From: Patescibacteria group bacterium
Lineage (GTDB): Bacteria; Patescibacteriota; Microgenomatia; Levybacterales; UBA12049
DNA length: 64,000 bases
Assembly (NCBI GenBank): GCA_038063415.1
Contig: JBBTVD010000006.1
Location: 221,882-285,881 of the forward strand
Reading direction: 5' to 3'
Below the pieces are notes generated by a model, which saw nothing but the letters and a program-made list of their open reading frames with translations, did not search any database and had not been told where the DNA came from. Both the position numbers and the translations under genes were made by a program. Positions 15,681-25,197 of the stretch are shown piece by piece. Position 1 is the stretch's first letter. Every line of letters starts with the position of its first letter.

Positions 15681-17162
15681 GTGCTAGATAGAAAGACTAA
15701 AAATAAAAAGAAGTGTTTTTTATACTTTTTCCTCTACGCTTTTCTGTTCCTTTTTTTTATTCCTTTTACTATCCCTGTTTATGCGGCAGGAGAAACTTAT
15801 ACATGGGTAAATGGTTCCATTCAACTTAGTGGCGGTGATGTTACAACTCAAAAAACTCTCACTGGTTCAGAAATTGCATCAGGAGGACAAACACAATATG
15901 GACCTGAATTTATGAGGATTAGTCCTGCAGGAGGAGAATGCGATATTAACATTGCTGTACGAGTGCCAACGGGAAATACTGCAACTGGGGTACTGACGGC
16001 CACATCGGGAATAAGTCAACCCAATAATATGGGCTGCAATCAAGATATTGTTAACACCTATAACGGAAAATCAGTCACAATTGGTGGCAATCAAGCAGAA
16101 GGACGAGAAGAAACCGCGGCAGAGAGAATTGTTACCCTGCTCCTCATCTCCCCTGAGACCGATACTGCACCAGCATCCATAACTATTACCGTTAATAATG
16201 TTGTTGACGGGGTTCCTCGTTCTGGATCATTTACCGCAAATAAGGAGATTAAAGAAACTCGCAGTGGTAATGGAATCGATAGTGCCTATTATACTTTTCA
16301 ATATACTATTAGTCCTGGAGAAATGCAGATATGTGCAGATGCCATTATAGAATGTGAAACAGCTACAAAACTTAAATATACTCCCTTATTTATCTCTTTT
16401 GGTCAAACAAAAGAGCAGAGAATGATCAATGTAACAGTTGAAGCAATTATTACTCATTTTATTTCACAGTCTTGCCAATCAAATGGCTTAACAGTTGAAC
16501 TTAAGCAAAACAATGAGGTCAAACAAACCGTCCAAACTGACCCTATAGAAATCACAGCAGATACAGAAAATACAGAATTTGGTGGAGAGGGTGCATTGTC
16601 GGAGACAACCAAATCTCTCAAAGTTACCTTTGAAAATGTCGATCCTGGAACATATCAAGTTTGTATTGCTGGCACAACTGATTGTCAGGGGGTGATACTT
16701 GTAGAGGGGCAATTACCAGCAAATGGACATACGGCAACAGTGCAGACACGAATTGAAAATGGAGCAGATATTTGTGAAGCACCGGGAGGAAGTGTTTTTG
16801 AAAAAAAAGAGAACATAATCCCACCCCCACCACCCTGTGCAGACCTCCGAGATGGTAAATGCTGGGCAGTTGCTACATCTTTCTTCGGTCTTGATGTTGA
16901 GGGTCTCTTTTACACTGACCCCGAAGAACTTATTGTTCAAGTTTTTAGTATTCTCTTGAGTATCTCTGGAGGTCTTTGTCTGCTTATTCTTATTATTGGT
17001 TTCTACCGCGTCATTATCTCTCGTGGCAAACCGGAAGCCCTTAAGGCTGCTCAAGAACAAATCCAAGCTGCTATTGTCGGAGCCCTCTTCCTTACGGCAT
17101 CTTTTCTTATGCTTGAGGTTATTGGTATTGATATTCTCAAAATCCCCGGCTGGACTTTGTAG
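15681..17162 (+). CDS. Secreted, Cys-containing surface protein with an N-terminal signal peptide and a C-terminal two-helix membrane hairpin (VirB2/TrbC-pilin-like topology, speculative)
   Basis: GTG start. Signal peptide ...FIPFTIPVYA|AGE, an extracellular region with several Cys and a PPPPP segment, and a C-terminal LLSISGGLCLLILIIGFYRVIISRGKPEALKAAQEQIQAAIVGALFLTASFLMLEVIGIDIL. Confidence 0.55.
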   Translation: MLDRKTKNKKKCFLYFFLYAFLFLFFIPFTIPVYAAGETYTWVNGSIQLSGGDVTTQKTLTGSEIASGGQTQYGPEFMRISPAGGECDINIAVRVPTGNTATGVLTATSGISQPNNMGCNQDIVNTYNGKSVTIGGNQAEGREETAAERIVTLLLISPETDTAPASITITVNNVVDGVPRSGSFTANKEIKETRSGNGIDSAYYTFQYTISPGEMQICADAIIECETATKLKYTPLFISFGQTKEQRMINVTVEAIITHFISQSCQSNGLTVELKQNNEVKQTVQTDPIEITADTENTEFGGEGALSETTKSLKVTFENVDPGTYQVCIAGTTDCQGVILVEGQLPANGHTATVQTRIENGADICEAPGGSVFEKKENIIPPPPPCADLRDGKCWAVATSFFGLDVEGLFYTDPEELIVQVFSILLSISGGLCLLILIIGFYRVIISRGKPEALKAAQEQIQAAIVGALFLTASFLMLEVIGIDILKIPGWTL

Positions 17163-17190
17163 TAATTTACGATTATCCTAATAAAATAGC

Positions 17191-17517
17191 ATGCAACACA
17201 AAAAATATCTTTTTTTGGGAGCTTGTTCCCTTATTGGATTAACAATAATAACTTTCTTTTTTTCACCAGGAAACGCATTTACGATTGCTTCCCTTTCTGT
17301 CCCGCTTATTTTCTTTTTCTTTCTCTGTATGTTTAATCTCCTTTTTTCTTTCTTAACGATGCTCTTTAAACGAAAAATCTATGGATTTCTTATCGCTGCA
17401 AGTGTCTTGATCGCACTAACGTTCTTGATGAATGGGCTCACGCATCCAATATTTTTTATCCTGCTCTTTGGCGTACTATGCCTCCTTCTTTTCTTTGTCA
17501 GTTACCAAAAAGAGTAG
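17191..17517 (+). CDS. Small polytopic membrane protein, hypothetical
   Basis: 108 aa with three hydrophobic helices. No motif recognised. Confidence 0.4.
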   Translation: MQHKKYLFLGACSLIGLTIITFFFSPGNAFTIASLSVPLIFFFFLCMFNLLFSFLTMLFKRKIYGFLIAASVLIALTFLMNGLTHPIFFILLFGVLCLLLFFVSYQKE

Positions 17518-17544
17518 GTTTGCCTTGTGCCTAAAGCGCTTGTC

Positions 17545-17553
17545 TGGTACAAT
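17545..17553 (+). promoter_or_regulatory. Extended -10 element TGGTACAAT 6 nt upstream of the metG ATG; possible leaderless metG transcript
   Basis: TGn-TACAAT at 17545-17553, ATG at 17560. No Shine-Dalgarno sequence in between. Confidence 0.3.
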
Positions 17554-17559
17554 TTGAGC

Positions 17560-18996
17560 ATGGCAAAATTTTATATCACTAATGCTATCCCTTATGTCAA
17601 TGCTAAGCCACATATTGGCCACGCCCTTGAATTTATCCAATCAGATACCGTAGCACGATATCATAAACTTATTGGCGATGACGTAAAGCTTCTCTGTGGT
17701 GGGGATGAAAACGCAATCAAAAATGTGCAAGCTGCAGAAAAAGCAGGTGAACCTGTTCAAGCATTTGTCGATCAAAATACGCAGCTCTTTGCTGATTTAG
17801 CACAAGCCTTAACTATCCATTTTGATGTCTGGCAAAAAGGCAGTAGCACCGACCATTTTACTGCTTCTCAAAAACTATGGGGGCTATGTGCTGACAATGG
17901 AGATATCTATAAAAAGTCCTATACTGGACTCTATTGTGTTGGCTGCGAGCTTTTTTATGAACGGGATGAGTTAAATGAAAACGGTGAATGTTTCGAGCAT
18001 CCTGGCAAAAAACTCGAAGAAGTATCTGAAGAAAACTACTTTTTTAAACTCTCAAAGTACCAACAACAAATTGAAGAGTTAATTAGCTCAGAGCAAATCG
18101 CTATTATCCCTGCATTCCGCAAAAACGAAATGTTGGCATTTCTTAAGCAAGGTCTCAAGGATATCAGTATTTCTCGCTCAAACGAACGAGCAAAAAACTG
18201 GGGGGTGCCAGTGCCAGGAGACAATACCCAACGGATGTATGTTTGGTTTGATGCGCTTAATATTTATCAAAGTGGCATTGGATTCGCGTCAAATGAAGAA
18301 ACGTATAAAAAATGGTGGCCAGCTGATGTCCATATGATCGGCAAAGGTATCTTGCGTTTTCATGCGATCTATTGGCCCGCTTTTTTACTTTCAGCGAAAC
18401 TTGCATTACCCAAAAAAGTCTTTGCTCACGGTTATTTAACCGTCAATGGGCAAAAAATGAGCAAAACTTTGGGCAATGTTGTCGATCCCGTGGACATGCT
18501 TAATAAATACGGCTCAGACGCTATCCGATACTATTTATTAAAAGAAATCTCCCCAACAGGTGATGGAGATTTCTCAGAGGAAAAGCTGAAAGCGGTTTAT
18601 AATGCGGATCTGGCAAATGGTTTAGGAAATGCTGTCTCCAGAATTGCCAAGCTAGCAGAAAAATCTGAGATCGATTTTACAGACACAAAGGCAGCTAAAG
18701 AACCTTATACACAGGAACTAAAAGATGCTTTTGAAGAATTTAGGTTTAACGATGTTTTACAAAACCTTTGGAATGTCCGTCTAAGAGCTATTGATCAGCA
18801 CATTAATCAAGAAAGTCCATGGGTCATAAGGGATAAAGAAAAACTCACAAGAATATTACAAGAAGAAATTGATATGTTAAGAGAGTTCGCTCGACAAATT
18901 GAACCATTTATGCCAGAAACGACAAAAAAAATCCTTGAGCAATTTAAGGGATCAAAAATTACTAGCCAAAAACCACTTTTCCCAAGAATGATATAA
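17560..18996 (+). CDS. metG: Methionyl-tRNA synthetase (core enzyme without the C-terminal tRNA-binding extension)
   Basis: HIGH motif PHIGHA, KMSKS motif KMSKTLGNVVDP, and MetRS-like N-terminal YITNAIPYVNAKPHIGHALEFIQSDTVARY. Start set at MAKFYIT. Confidence 0.85.
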   Translation: MAKFYITNAIPYVNAKPHIGHALEFIQSDTVARYHKLIGDDVKLLCGGDENAIKNVQAAEKAGEPVQAFVDQNTQLFADLAQALTIHFDVWQKGSSTDHFTASQKLWGLCADNGDIYKKSYTGLYCVGCELFYERDELNENGECFEHPGKKLEEVSEENYFFKLSKYQQQIEELISSEQIAIIPAFRKNEMLAFLKQGLKDISISRSNERAKNWGVPVPGDNTQRMYVWFDALNIYQSGIGFASNEETYKKWWPADVHMIGKGILRFHAIYWPAFLLSAKLALPKKVFAHGYLTVNGQKMSKTLGNVVDPVDMLNKYGSDAIRYYLLKEISPTGDGDFSEEKLKAVYNADLANGLGNAVSRIAKLAEKSEIDFTDTKAAKEPYTQELKDAFEEFRFNDVLQNLWNVRLRAIDQHINQESPWVIRDKEKLTRILQEEIDMLREFARQIEPFMPETTKKILEQFKGSKITSQKPLFPRMI

Positions 18997-19012
18997 GTAA
19001 AGATTTCTCACT

Positions 19013-19819
19013 ATGATTGATACGCATTGCCACTTACAATTTCAAGCCTTTGAACAGGACTATGATGCTGTTATCAAACGAGCACGAGAGGCTGGGGTTA
19101 CTACTATCATTAATGCAGGCACACAAGTAAGTTCAAGTAAAAATGGCGTAGTCTTTGCCGAAAAATATCCTGAACTGTATGCTGTGGTAGCTGTTCATCC
19201 CCATCATGCAGACAAAATTGAACCTCATTGGATTACTGAACTGGAGAAACTAACCAAGCATCCAAAAGTGGTCGGGATTGGTGAATGCGGCCTTGACTAC
19301 TTCAGTTATGCGTCAAATGGTATTGTCGATCCCAAAAAGCAAAAAGAGGTCTTTGAAGCTCAAATTGTTCTTGCTCATAAGGCAAAACTTCCCTTACAAA
19401 TTCATAATAGGCATGCTGGCAAAGACGTTCTTGAAATGCTCCGACACCATAAAAACCTATTACAATTGACACCTGGGATGTTCCATTGTTTTGCGGGAGA
19501 CATGGATGTTCTTAAAGGGGCACTCGATCTCGGCTTTGCAATCGGCATTGATGGAAATAGCACCTATAAAGGACTTGCTCCAGGAGAGACAGTCGAGTTA
19601 CGAGACATTATCAAAGCTACACCTCTTGATCGTATTGTTATTGAGACCGATAGTCCCTATCTCACACCTATCCCGCACCGAGGCGAACGGAATGAGCCTG
19701 CATATGCTATAATTACAGCACAATTTATTGCGGACGTGAAACAGACCTCTCTTGAAAAGCTCATAGAACAAACTGACAAAAATGTATATACTATATTTAC
19801 GAAACTTAAAATCTTTTAG
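19013..19819 (+). CDS. tatD: TatD-family metal-dependent DNase/hydrolase
   Basis: MIDTHCHLQF..., conserved His/Asp/Glu pattern; 268 aa. Confidence 0.9.
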   Translation: MIDTHCHLQFQAFEQDYDAVIKRAREAGVTTIINAGTQVSSSKNGVVFAEKYPELYAVVAVHPHHADKIEPHWITELEKLTKHPKVVGIGECGLDYFSYASNGIVDPKKQKEVFEAQIVLAHKAKLPLQIHNRHAGKDVLEMLRHHKNLLQLTPGMFHCFAGDMDVLKGALDLGFAIGIDGNSTYKGLAPGETVELRDIIKATPLDRIVIETDSPYLTPIPHRGERNEPAYAIITAQFIADVKQTSLEKLIEQTDKNVYTIFTKLKIF

Positions 19820-19827
19820 ATTTACTC

Positions 19828-21321
19828 ATGACAAGTTTTTTTAACAAAATCTTTACACGGTATCCGATAAAAACCCGTCGAGCACTTGAGCTACTACCGG
19901 GAGCTCTTGCCTGGACAGTTATTTTGGCACCCGTATGGGGCTCTCTTTTTATCCCAACAGCGCTTGCATACTTCATTCTCTTTTTTGATATTTACTGGCT
20001 ATACAAATCAGTCAAGCTTGTTATAACTAACTACCAGGCATCCCAAAAGATTAAAGAAGCAGAACAGACAGATTGGTATGCCAAGGCCAAGAAATTAGCT
20101 GATGTTGAGAAAGTACATCATGTGCTGGTTATCCTTAACTATAAGGAAAGTGTTGAAAAAATGAGAAAAACAATACAAGTACTTGCTCAGCAAACGTTTC
20201 CCCATAAACAGCTTCATATCGTTCTTGCGATGGAAGAACGAGAAGAAGAAGCAAAAGAACGTGCCAGAATTATTACCCATGAATTTAAAGATGAATTTGG
20301 AAGCATTTTTGCAACCTATCATCCTGATATTGAAGGAGAAGTCAAAGGGAAGTCTTCCAATGAAGCGTACGCCGGGAGAGTTGCGTATAAGAAGCTCTTT
20401 GCAGATGGTCCGTATGACATCAATTTTGCAACGATTTCTTCGATTGATGCTGATTCACTTTTTGATAAAGAATATTTTGCTTATCTTGGTTATGCATTTC
20501 TTAAAGATCCGAAACGACATAATAAATTCTGGCAGTCAGCCAATGTCTACCACAATAATCTCTGGGAAGTGCCTGCTCCGACCCGCATCCTCTCTTTCTT
20601 CGGCAGTTTGTGGAGGACTGCCCTCCTTGTCCAGGGCGATAGACTCATTACGAATGCAACATACTCACTTTCATTCAAACTGCTAAAAGATATTGATTTT
20701 TGGGATGTAGATGTTATTCCTGAAGACTATCGTATTTTCTTTAAAGCGTTCTTTAAGAAAAAAGGTGAGGTATGGGTTGAACCTATTTTTCTGAAGACCT
20801 CAATGGATGCTGCTCAATCAGTGGGATATATCAATAGTCTCAAAAATAAATATACCCAAGAAAGACGCTGGTCGTGGGGTGTATCAGATAATCCCCTTTT
20901 TATTACCTGGTGGTTTACCGTTCCTGGAGTCCCGTTTTTCCGAAAAACAACATTAGTCTACCATGTCCTCCTGGATCACGTTATGTGGCCAACCAATTGG
21001 TTTATTATTACCATTGCAGCCAACATCATGGCGGTCATTAATCCAGTTTATGCCAGGACAGCCTTAGGCTACAGTCTTCCACAGCTCGCAGGTATGATTC
21101 TTAATATCAGTCTGTTTGCACTCCTCGCGATGTTATATCTTGAGTATAAAAATAGACCTGAAAACAAAAAATTACCACTTCGAAGGCGATTACTTTTCCC
21201 TTTTGAATTTTTGCTTATGCCCATTATTGGTTTTTTCTTGTCTGCACTCCCTGCACTTATTTCGCATACACAGCTCATGTTTGGCAAAAGAATGGAGTAC
21301 AAGGTGACAGAAAAGGTGTAA
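19828..21321 (+). CDS. Membrane-embedded GT2-family glycosyltransferase, processive synthase type (DxD and QxxRW motifs)
   Basis: N- and C-terminal TM helices, a cytoplasmic GT-A domain with VLVILNYKE, SIDADS and QERRWSWG (the QxxRW motif of cellulose/chitin-synthase-like enzymes). Confidence 0.7.
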   Translation: MTSFFNKIFTRYPIKTRRALELLPGALAWTVILAPVWGSLFIPTALAYFILFFDIYWLYKSVKLVITNYQASQKIKEAEQTDWYAKAKKLADVEKVHHVLVILNYKESVEKMRKTIQVLAQQTFPHKQLHIVLAMEEREEEAKERARIITHEFKDEFGSIFATYHPDIEGEVKGKSSNEAYAGRVAYKKLFADGPYDINFATISSIDADSLFDKEYFAYLGYAFLKDPKRHNKFWQSANVYHNNLWEVPAPTRILSFFGSLWRTALLVQGDRLITNATYSLSFKLLKDIDFWDVDVIPEDYRIFFKAFFKKKGEVWVEPIFLKTSMDAAQSVGYINSLKNKYTQERRWSWGVSDNPLFITWWFTVPGVPFFRKTTLVYHVLLDHVMWPTNWFIITIAANIMAVINPVYARTALGYSLPQLAGMILNISLFALLAMLYLEYKNRPENKKLPLRRRLLFPFEFLLMPIIGFFLSALPALISHTQLMFGKRMEYKVTEKV

Positions 21322-21346
21322 CTTTCCTTATGGTTGGTCAATCAAC

Positions 21347-22837
21347 ATGAAAAACATTATACGTTTTATCGATCGGATCGAACATAGTAAGATTTTCTGG
21401 ACACTTCTTGGGATAAGTGTCCTCTTTTTCCTCCTCAGGCTTCCTTCGTTAATCGAACCTCATTGGTACGGAGACGAAGGTATTTATCAAGTAATTGGGA
21501 TGAAGTTACATCAAGGGAGTTTACTGTATGCCGATATTTGGGACAATAAACCACCCCTTTTATATCTTGTCTATGCATTCTTCAATGGAGAACAACACCA
21601 GGTTCGCCTCTTTTCACTTTTGATTGGGCTACTCACAACAATTTCTTTTTTCTTTCTTTCCAAAGCTCTTTTTCGTTCTTTTGGTGCAAGTGTACTTAGT
21701 ACAAGCATCTTTTGTCTTCTGTTGGCAACTCCTACCCTCGAAGGGAATATTGCCAATGCTGAAAACTTTATGCTTCTTCCAACGATTCTTTCAGCATTAC
21801 TTATTTACCAAGCAGCATTGACAACAACCAGGCACAGCAAAAAATATGGATTACTGTTTGCAGGAGTATTACTTGGCATTTCATTTCTTTTTAAAGCAGT
21901 GGCAATTTTTGACCTTGCCGCATTTTTACTTTTCTTTACTCTCTCTACAATGTCCAAAAAACACCCTTTTAAAAAAATGCTCCATTCATTGCTGTTCTTA
22001 GTGGGTGGATTTCTCATTCCATTTACGATAACGCTTCTCTTCTTTGCTGGACATAATGCACTGCCAGCATTCTTTGTCTCAGTATTTAGAGATACGGCAA
22101 CGTATGTTACCGGACAAGCAAATGATTTTCTCTTCCCCAATGGACTTCTTATTGCTAAAATGGTACTGCTGCTTGGAGCACTAGCAATTATCCTATGGAA
22201 ACGAAGTTATTTTACACAAAAGACACTTTTTATTAGCGTATGGACTGTGTTTGCCTTGTTTAGTACCTTTTTTTCCCAACTTCCCTATACACATTATCTT
22301 CTGCTTCTATTACCAAGTTTTTGTCTACTTGTAGGCCTCATCTTAACTCTGTCAACAAAAAAATCTATGATTTTTCTTTGGAGTGGCACGCTGTTGTTGG
22401 GAGCTTTTGTAACACAGCAAATTCCGATCTATCAACCGATAAAAACGATTGCCTATTACGACAATGCGATGCAATTTGTCACCGCAGGAAAATCAGTTGG
22501 TGCGTATCAGAGCTTCTTTGACTTACGAACGAAGCGCGATTATGAAATCGCCTCATTTATCAAATATCATATTCCTTCTGATAAATCACTTTTTATCTGG
22601 GGAGATTCTCCGCAAGTTTATGTACTCGCTGATAGATTGCCTGAGCAAAAATATATAGTAGCATATCATATTTTAGGTAAAGAAGACCGCGTACATGAAA
22701 TACAAAAGCAGCTAAAAGAACAATCGCCAGACTATATTGTTATTTTAGAAGAAGCTCCCTTCTTGCCATTTCAGTCATCTTTCTATAAAGTGAAATATTT
22801 ATTACAAGGAGCAACCGTCTATGAAAAAACTTTTTAA
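21347..22837 (+). CDS. GT-C-fold glycosyltransferase (ArnT/PMT-like, GT39/GT83 family), which uses a polyprenyl-phosphate-sugar donor
   Basis: About 11 TM helices, the first extracytoplasmic loop HWYGDEGIYQVIGMKL...DNKPPLLYLVYAFF (the DE motif region of the ArnT/PMT family) and a C-terminal soluble domain. Confidence 0.7.
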   Translation: MKNIIRFIDRIEHSKIFWTLLGISVLFFLLRLPSLIEPHWYGDEGIYQVIGMKLHQGSLLYADIWDNKPPLLYLVYAFFNGEQHQVRLFSLLIGLLTTISFFFLSKALFRSFGASVLSTSIFCLLLATPTLEGNIANAENFMLLPTILSALLIYQAALTTTRHSKKYGLLFAGVLLGISFLFKAVAIFDLAAFLLFFTLSTMSKKHPFKKMLHSLLFLVGGFLIPFTITLLFFAGHNALPAFFVSVFRDTATYVTGQANDFLFPNGLLIAKMVLLLGALAIILWKRSYFTQKTLFISVWTVFALFSTFFSQLPYTHYLLLLLPSFCLLVGLILTLSTKKSMIFLWSGTLLLGAFVTQQIPIYQPIKTIAYYDNAMQFVTAGKSVGAYQSFFDLRTKRDYEIASFIKYHIPSDKSLFIWGDSPQVYVLADRLPEQKYIVAYHILGKEDRVHEIQKQLKEQSPDYIVILEEAPFLPFQSSFYKVKYLLQGATVYEKTF

Positions 22838-23174
22838 ACATGTCTGGGATGACAAGATTATTAAATGGGGAATGGGTAGTGCAGCTATCGTCTTCTTCTT
22901 TTCCCTTATTATTCTTGCTATTTTTTATTGGAATCTTCCACCATACCTTCCTGTCTATAACCAAATGCCGTGGGGAGAAGAACGTCTTGCCACCAAGTAT
23001 GAGATTATTCTTCCACAACTCATTGCGTTTTCCTTCTTTGTTCTAAATTTCTCTTTATCAAGAAAATTGTATGACAAAATGCCGTTAATCTCCCGCATGC
23101 TTAGTATTACTACCTTACTGACAATGCTGCTTTCCTTTGTCTTTTTGGTTCGAACATTATTATTATTGTTGTAA
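22821..23174 (+). CDS. Small membrane protein, hypothetical; overlaps the end of the GT-C gene
   Basis: 117 aa with 3 predicted TM helices. No motif. Confidence 0.35.
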   Translation: MKKLFKHVWDDKIIKWGMGSAAIVFFFSLIILAIFYWNLPPYLPVYNQMPWGEERLATKYEIILPQLIAFSFFVLNFSLSRKLYDKMPLISRMLSITTLLTMLLSFVFLVRTLLLLL

Positions 23175-24262
23175 TGAATATACCATTTTATATTATTTTT
23201 TTACCGATTGTGGCTGCTCTTATTATCACCGCAATCGCCACACCTCTTAGTCTTAGGTGGATTAAAAAAGCAGGACTTGTTGATGACCCGCAAAAGCACA
23301 AGCATCCAGCAATCATTCATAAAAGAATTGTCCCAAGAGGGGGTGGATTACCTCTTTTTATCGGCACCTGGTTTACCATTCCATTTTTTCTTCCGATAAC
23401 ACCACAAATTATTGCCATATTTACTGCTTGTACCCTACTCTTGATTGTTGGGCTTATTGACGACAAGCAAAATAGTCGCGCAAAAGATTTCTCACCATAT
23501 AGTCGTTTTATTGTTACCGTTCTTAGCGCTATTATTGTTGTGGCAAGCGGCATTAGCATCCAATTTATTACCAATCCTTTTGGAGAAGGGGTGCTTGCGT
23601 TAAACACTATCCTTATACCCTTCTTTTTCTTTGCACTTCCCCTTTCTGATATTTTTTCTGTTTTGTGGCTTATCTGGATTATGAACATGATCAACTGGAG
23701 TAAAGGAGTAGACGGACAGATGCCTGGAATCGTTGCAATATCTGCCATTGTCATCGGGTTATTAAGCCTTCGAATCAATGGTGGAATACCACTAGCCCTT
23801 GATGCAACAATTTCCTTTATTATTGCGGGAAGTGCTATTGGGTTTTTATTTTATAACTTTTATCCCGCAAAGATATTTCCCGGTTGGAGTGCAACTTCGC
23901 TCTATCTTCTTTTAGGAGTTGTCTCTATTTTATCAAGCGCAAAATTAGCAACCGCTATTCTGGTCATGGGAGTACCAGCAGTCGATGCTCTTTTTACTAT
24001 TATAAGACGGCTACTCAATAAACGTTCTCCATTCCAAGGAGACAGAAAGCATTTACATCATCTCTTACTCTCACTAGGCTATGGACAGAGAAAAATTGCA
24101 TTGTTTTATTGGCTACTCTCTGCTATATTAGGGATACTTGCCCTCCAGCTTGAGAATAAAAGCAAATTTTTTGCTATTATTATGGTAGTAGTAGTTACGG
24201 TTGGCGCATTGCTTTTCTTGCATGCGGTAACAAAACATAAGGATGAAAAAAAAGCTTCTTAA
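23174..24262 (+). CDS. Polyprenyl-phosphate N-acetylhexosamine-1-phosphate transferase (GT4 MraY/WecA/TagO family)
   Basis: Polytopic protein with LVDDPQKHKHPAIIHKRIVPRGGGLPL (the WecA/TagO N-terminal cytoplasmic-loop motif) and later MNMINWSKGVDG. Confidence 0.8.
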   Translation: MNIPFYIIFLPIVAALIITAIATPLSLRWIKKAGLVDDPQKHKHPAIIHKRIVPRGGGLPLFIGTWFTIPFFLPITPQIIAIFTACTLLLIVGLIDDKQNSRAKDFSPYSRFIVTVLSAIIVVASGISIQFITNPFGEGVLALNTILIPFFFFALPLSDIFSVLWLIWIMNMINWSKGVDGQMPGIVAISAIVIGLLSLRINGGIPLALDATISFIIAGSAIGFLFYNFYPAKIFPGWSATSLYLLLGVVSILSSAKLATAILVMGVPAVDALFTIIRRLLNKRSPFQGDRKHLHHLLLSLGYGQRKIALFYWLLSAILGILALQLENKSKFFAIIMVVVVTVGALLFLHAVTKHKDEKKAS

Positions 24263-25184
24263 TATTCTTCGGCTGCTTCGGCCGCGGCAATGGAGTAAAA
24301 ATATTGCCGTTTTCGCCGCCATTACCTTTAGTGGAAGACTCTTTGAACTCGATCTTTTTCTCACTGTTTGTTATGCCATGCTTATTTTTTGTGCAATTTC
24401 AAGCGCAATTTATGTCATTAATGATTTATTTGATATTAAAAAAGACAAGCTCCATCCTTTTAAACGATTTAGACCTCTTGCCCATGGTGATGTCTCCAAA
24501 TCTGAGGCAATAGTCATAGCGACGATACTTATTGTTGTTGGATTAACAGCAAGTTATTTCATCAACCTCTCATTTTTCTTTATTGCACTTATTTACTTGT
24601 TTCTTCAATTGTCTTATACGTTATCGTTCAAACACATTACGGTTCTTGACGTCCTTGCGCTTGCCGGTGGATATATTCTTCGTGTCTATGCAGGAGAAGT
24701 TGTCAGCGAATTTCATATTTCTGTTTGGCTTCTCTTGACTACTATTTCTCTTTCTCTTTTTTTGGTAGTTGCAAAAAGAAGATCAGAGCTAACCCTTATC
24801 TCTCAATACACGAGTGCACAAATTGCCGCAACACGAAAAACCTTGTCACACTATTCAGAAAGATTACTTGATGTGTATGCGGCGATGTTTGCAACATCAA
24901 CATTTCTTTCCTACGCGCTTTTTACGTTTCTTGTCGATCCAAAGAATACCAATCCTGGCAGCGGAGAATTGATAAACACTCTCTTTCAAATTAATCTCGA
25001 TAAGAAATGGCTTATGTTGACCATTGTTCCGGTTGTCTATGGACTGATGCGATATTTACAAGATGTCTATGAAAAACATGAGGGAGAGAGTCCTGAACGA
25101 GTTGTTCTTTCAGATAAACCTCTCCTTGCAGCAGTTATCCTGTGGGGAGTACTGGTTGTGACAATTATTTACTTTGTTAACTAG
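24243..25184 (+). CDS. UbiA-family decaprenyl-phosphate phosphoribosyltransferase-like enzyme (DPPR synthase, Rv3806c-like)
   Basis: LRPRQWSKNIAVFAA and YVINDLFDIKKDKLHPFKRFRPLAHG are very close to the mycobacterial DPPR synthase motifs IRPRQWVKN and YLVNDVRDVEADREHPTKRFRPIAAG. Confidence 0.8.
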   Translation: MKKKLLNILRLLRPRQWSKNIAVFAAITFSGRLFELDLFLTVCYAMLIFCAISSAIYVINDLFDIKKDKLHPFKRFRPLAHGDVSKSEAIVIATILIVVGLTASYFINLSFFFIALIYLFLQLSYTLSFKHITVLDVLALAGGYILRVYAGEVVSEFHISVWLLLTTISLSLFLVVAKRRSELTLISQYTSAQIAATRKTLSHYSERLLDVYAAMFATSTFLSYALFTFLVDPKNTNPGSGELINTLFQINLDKKWLMLTIVPVVYGLMRYLQDVYEKHEGESPERVVLSDKPLLAAVILWGVLVVTIIYFVN

Positions 25185-25197
25185 TTCTCAATTAAGA

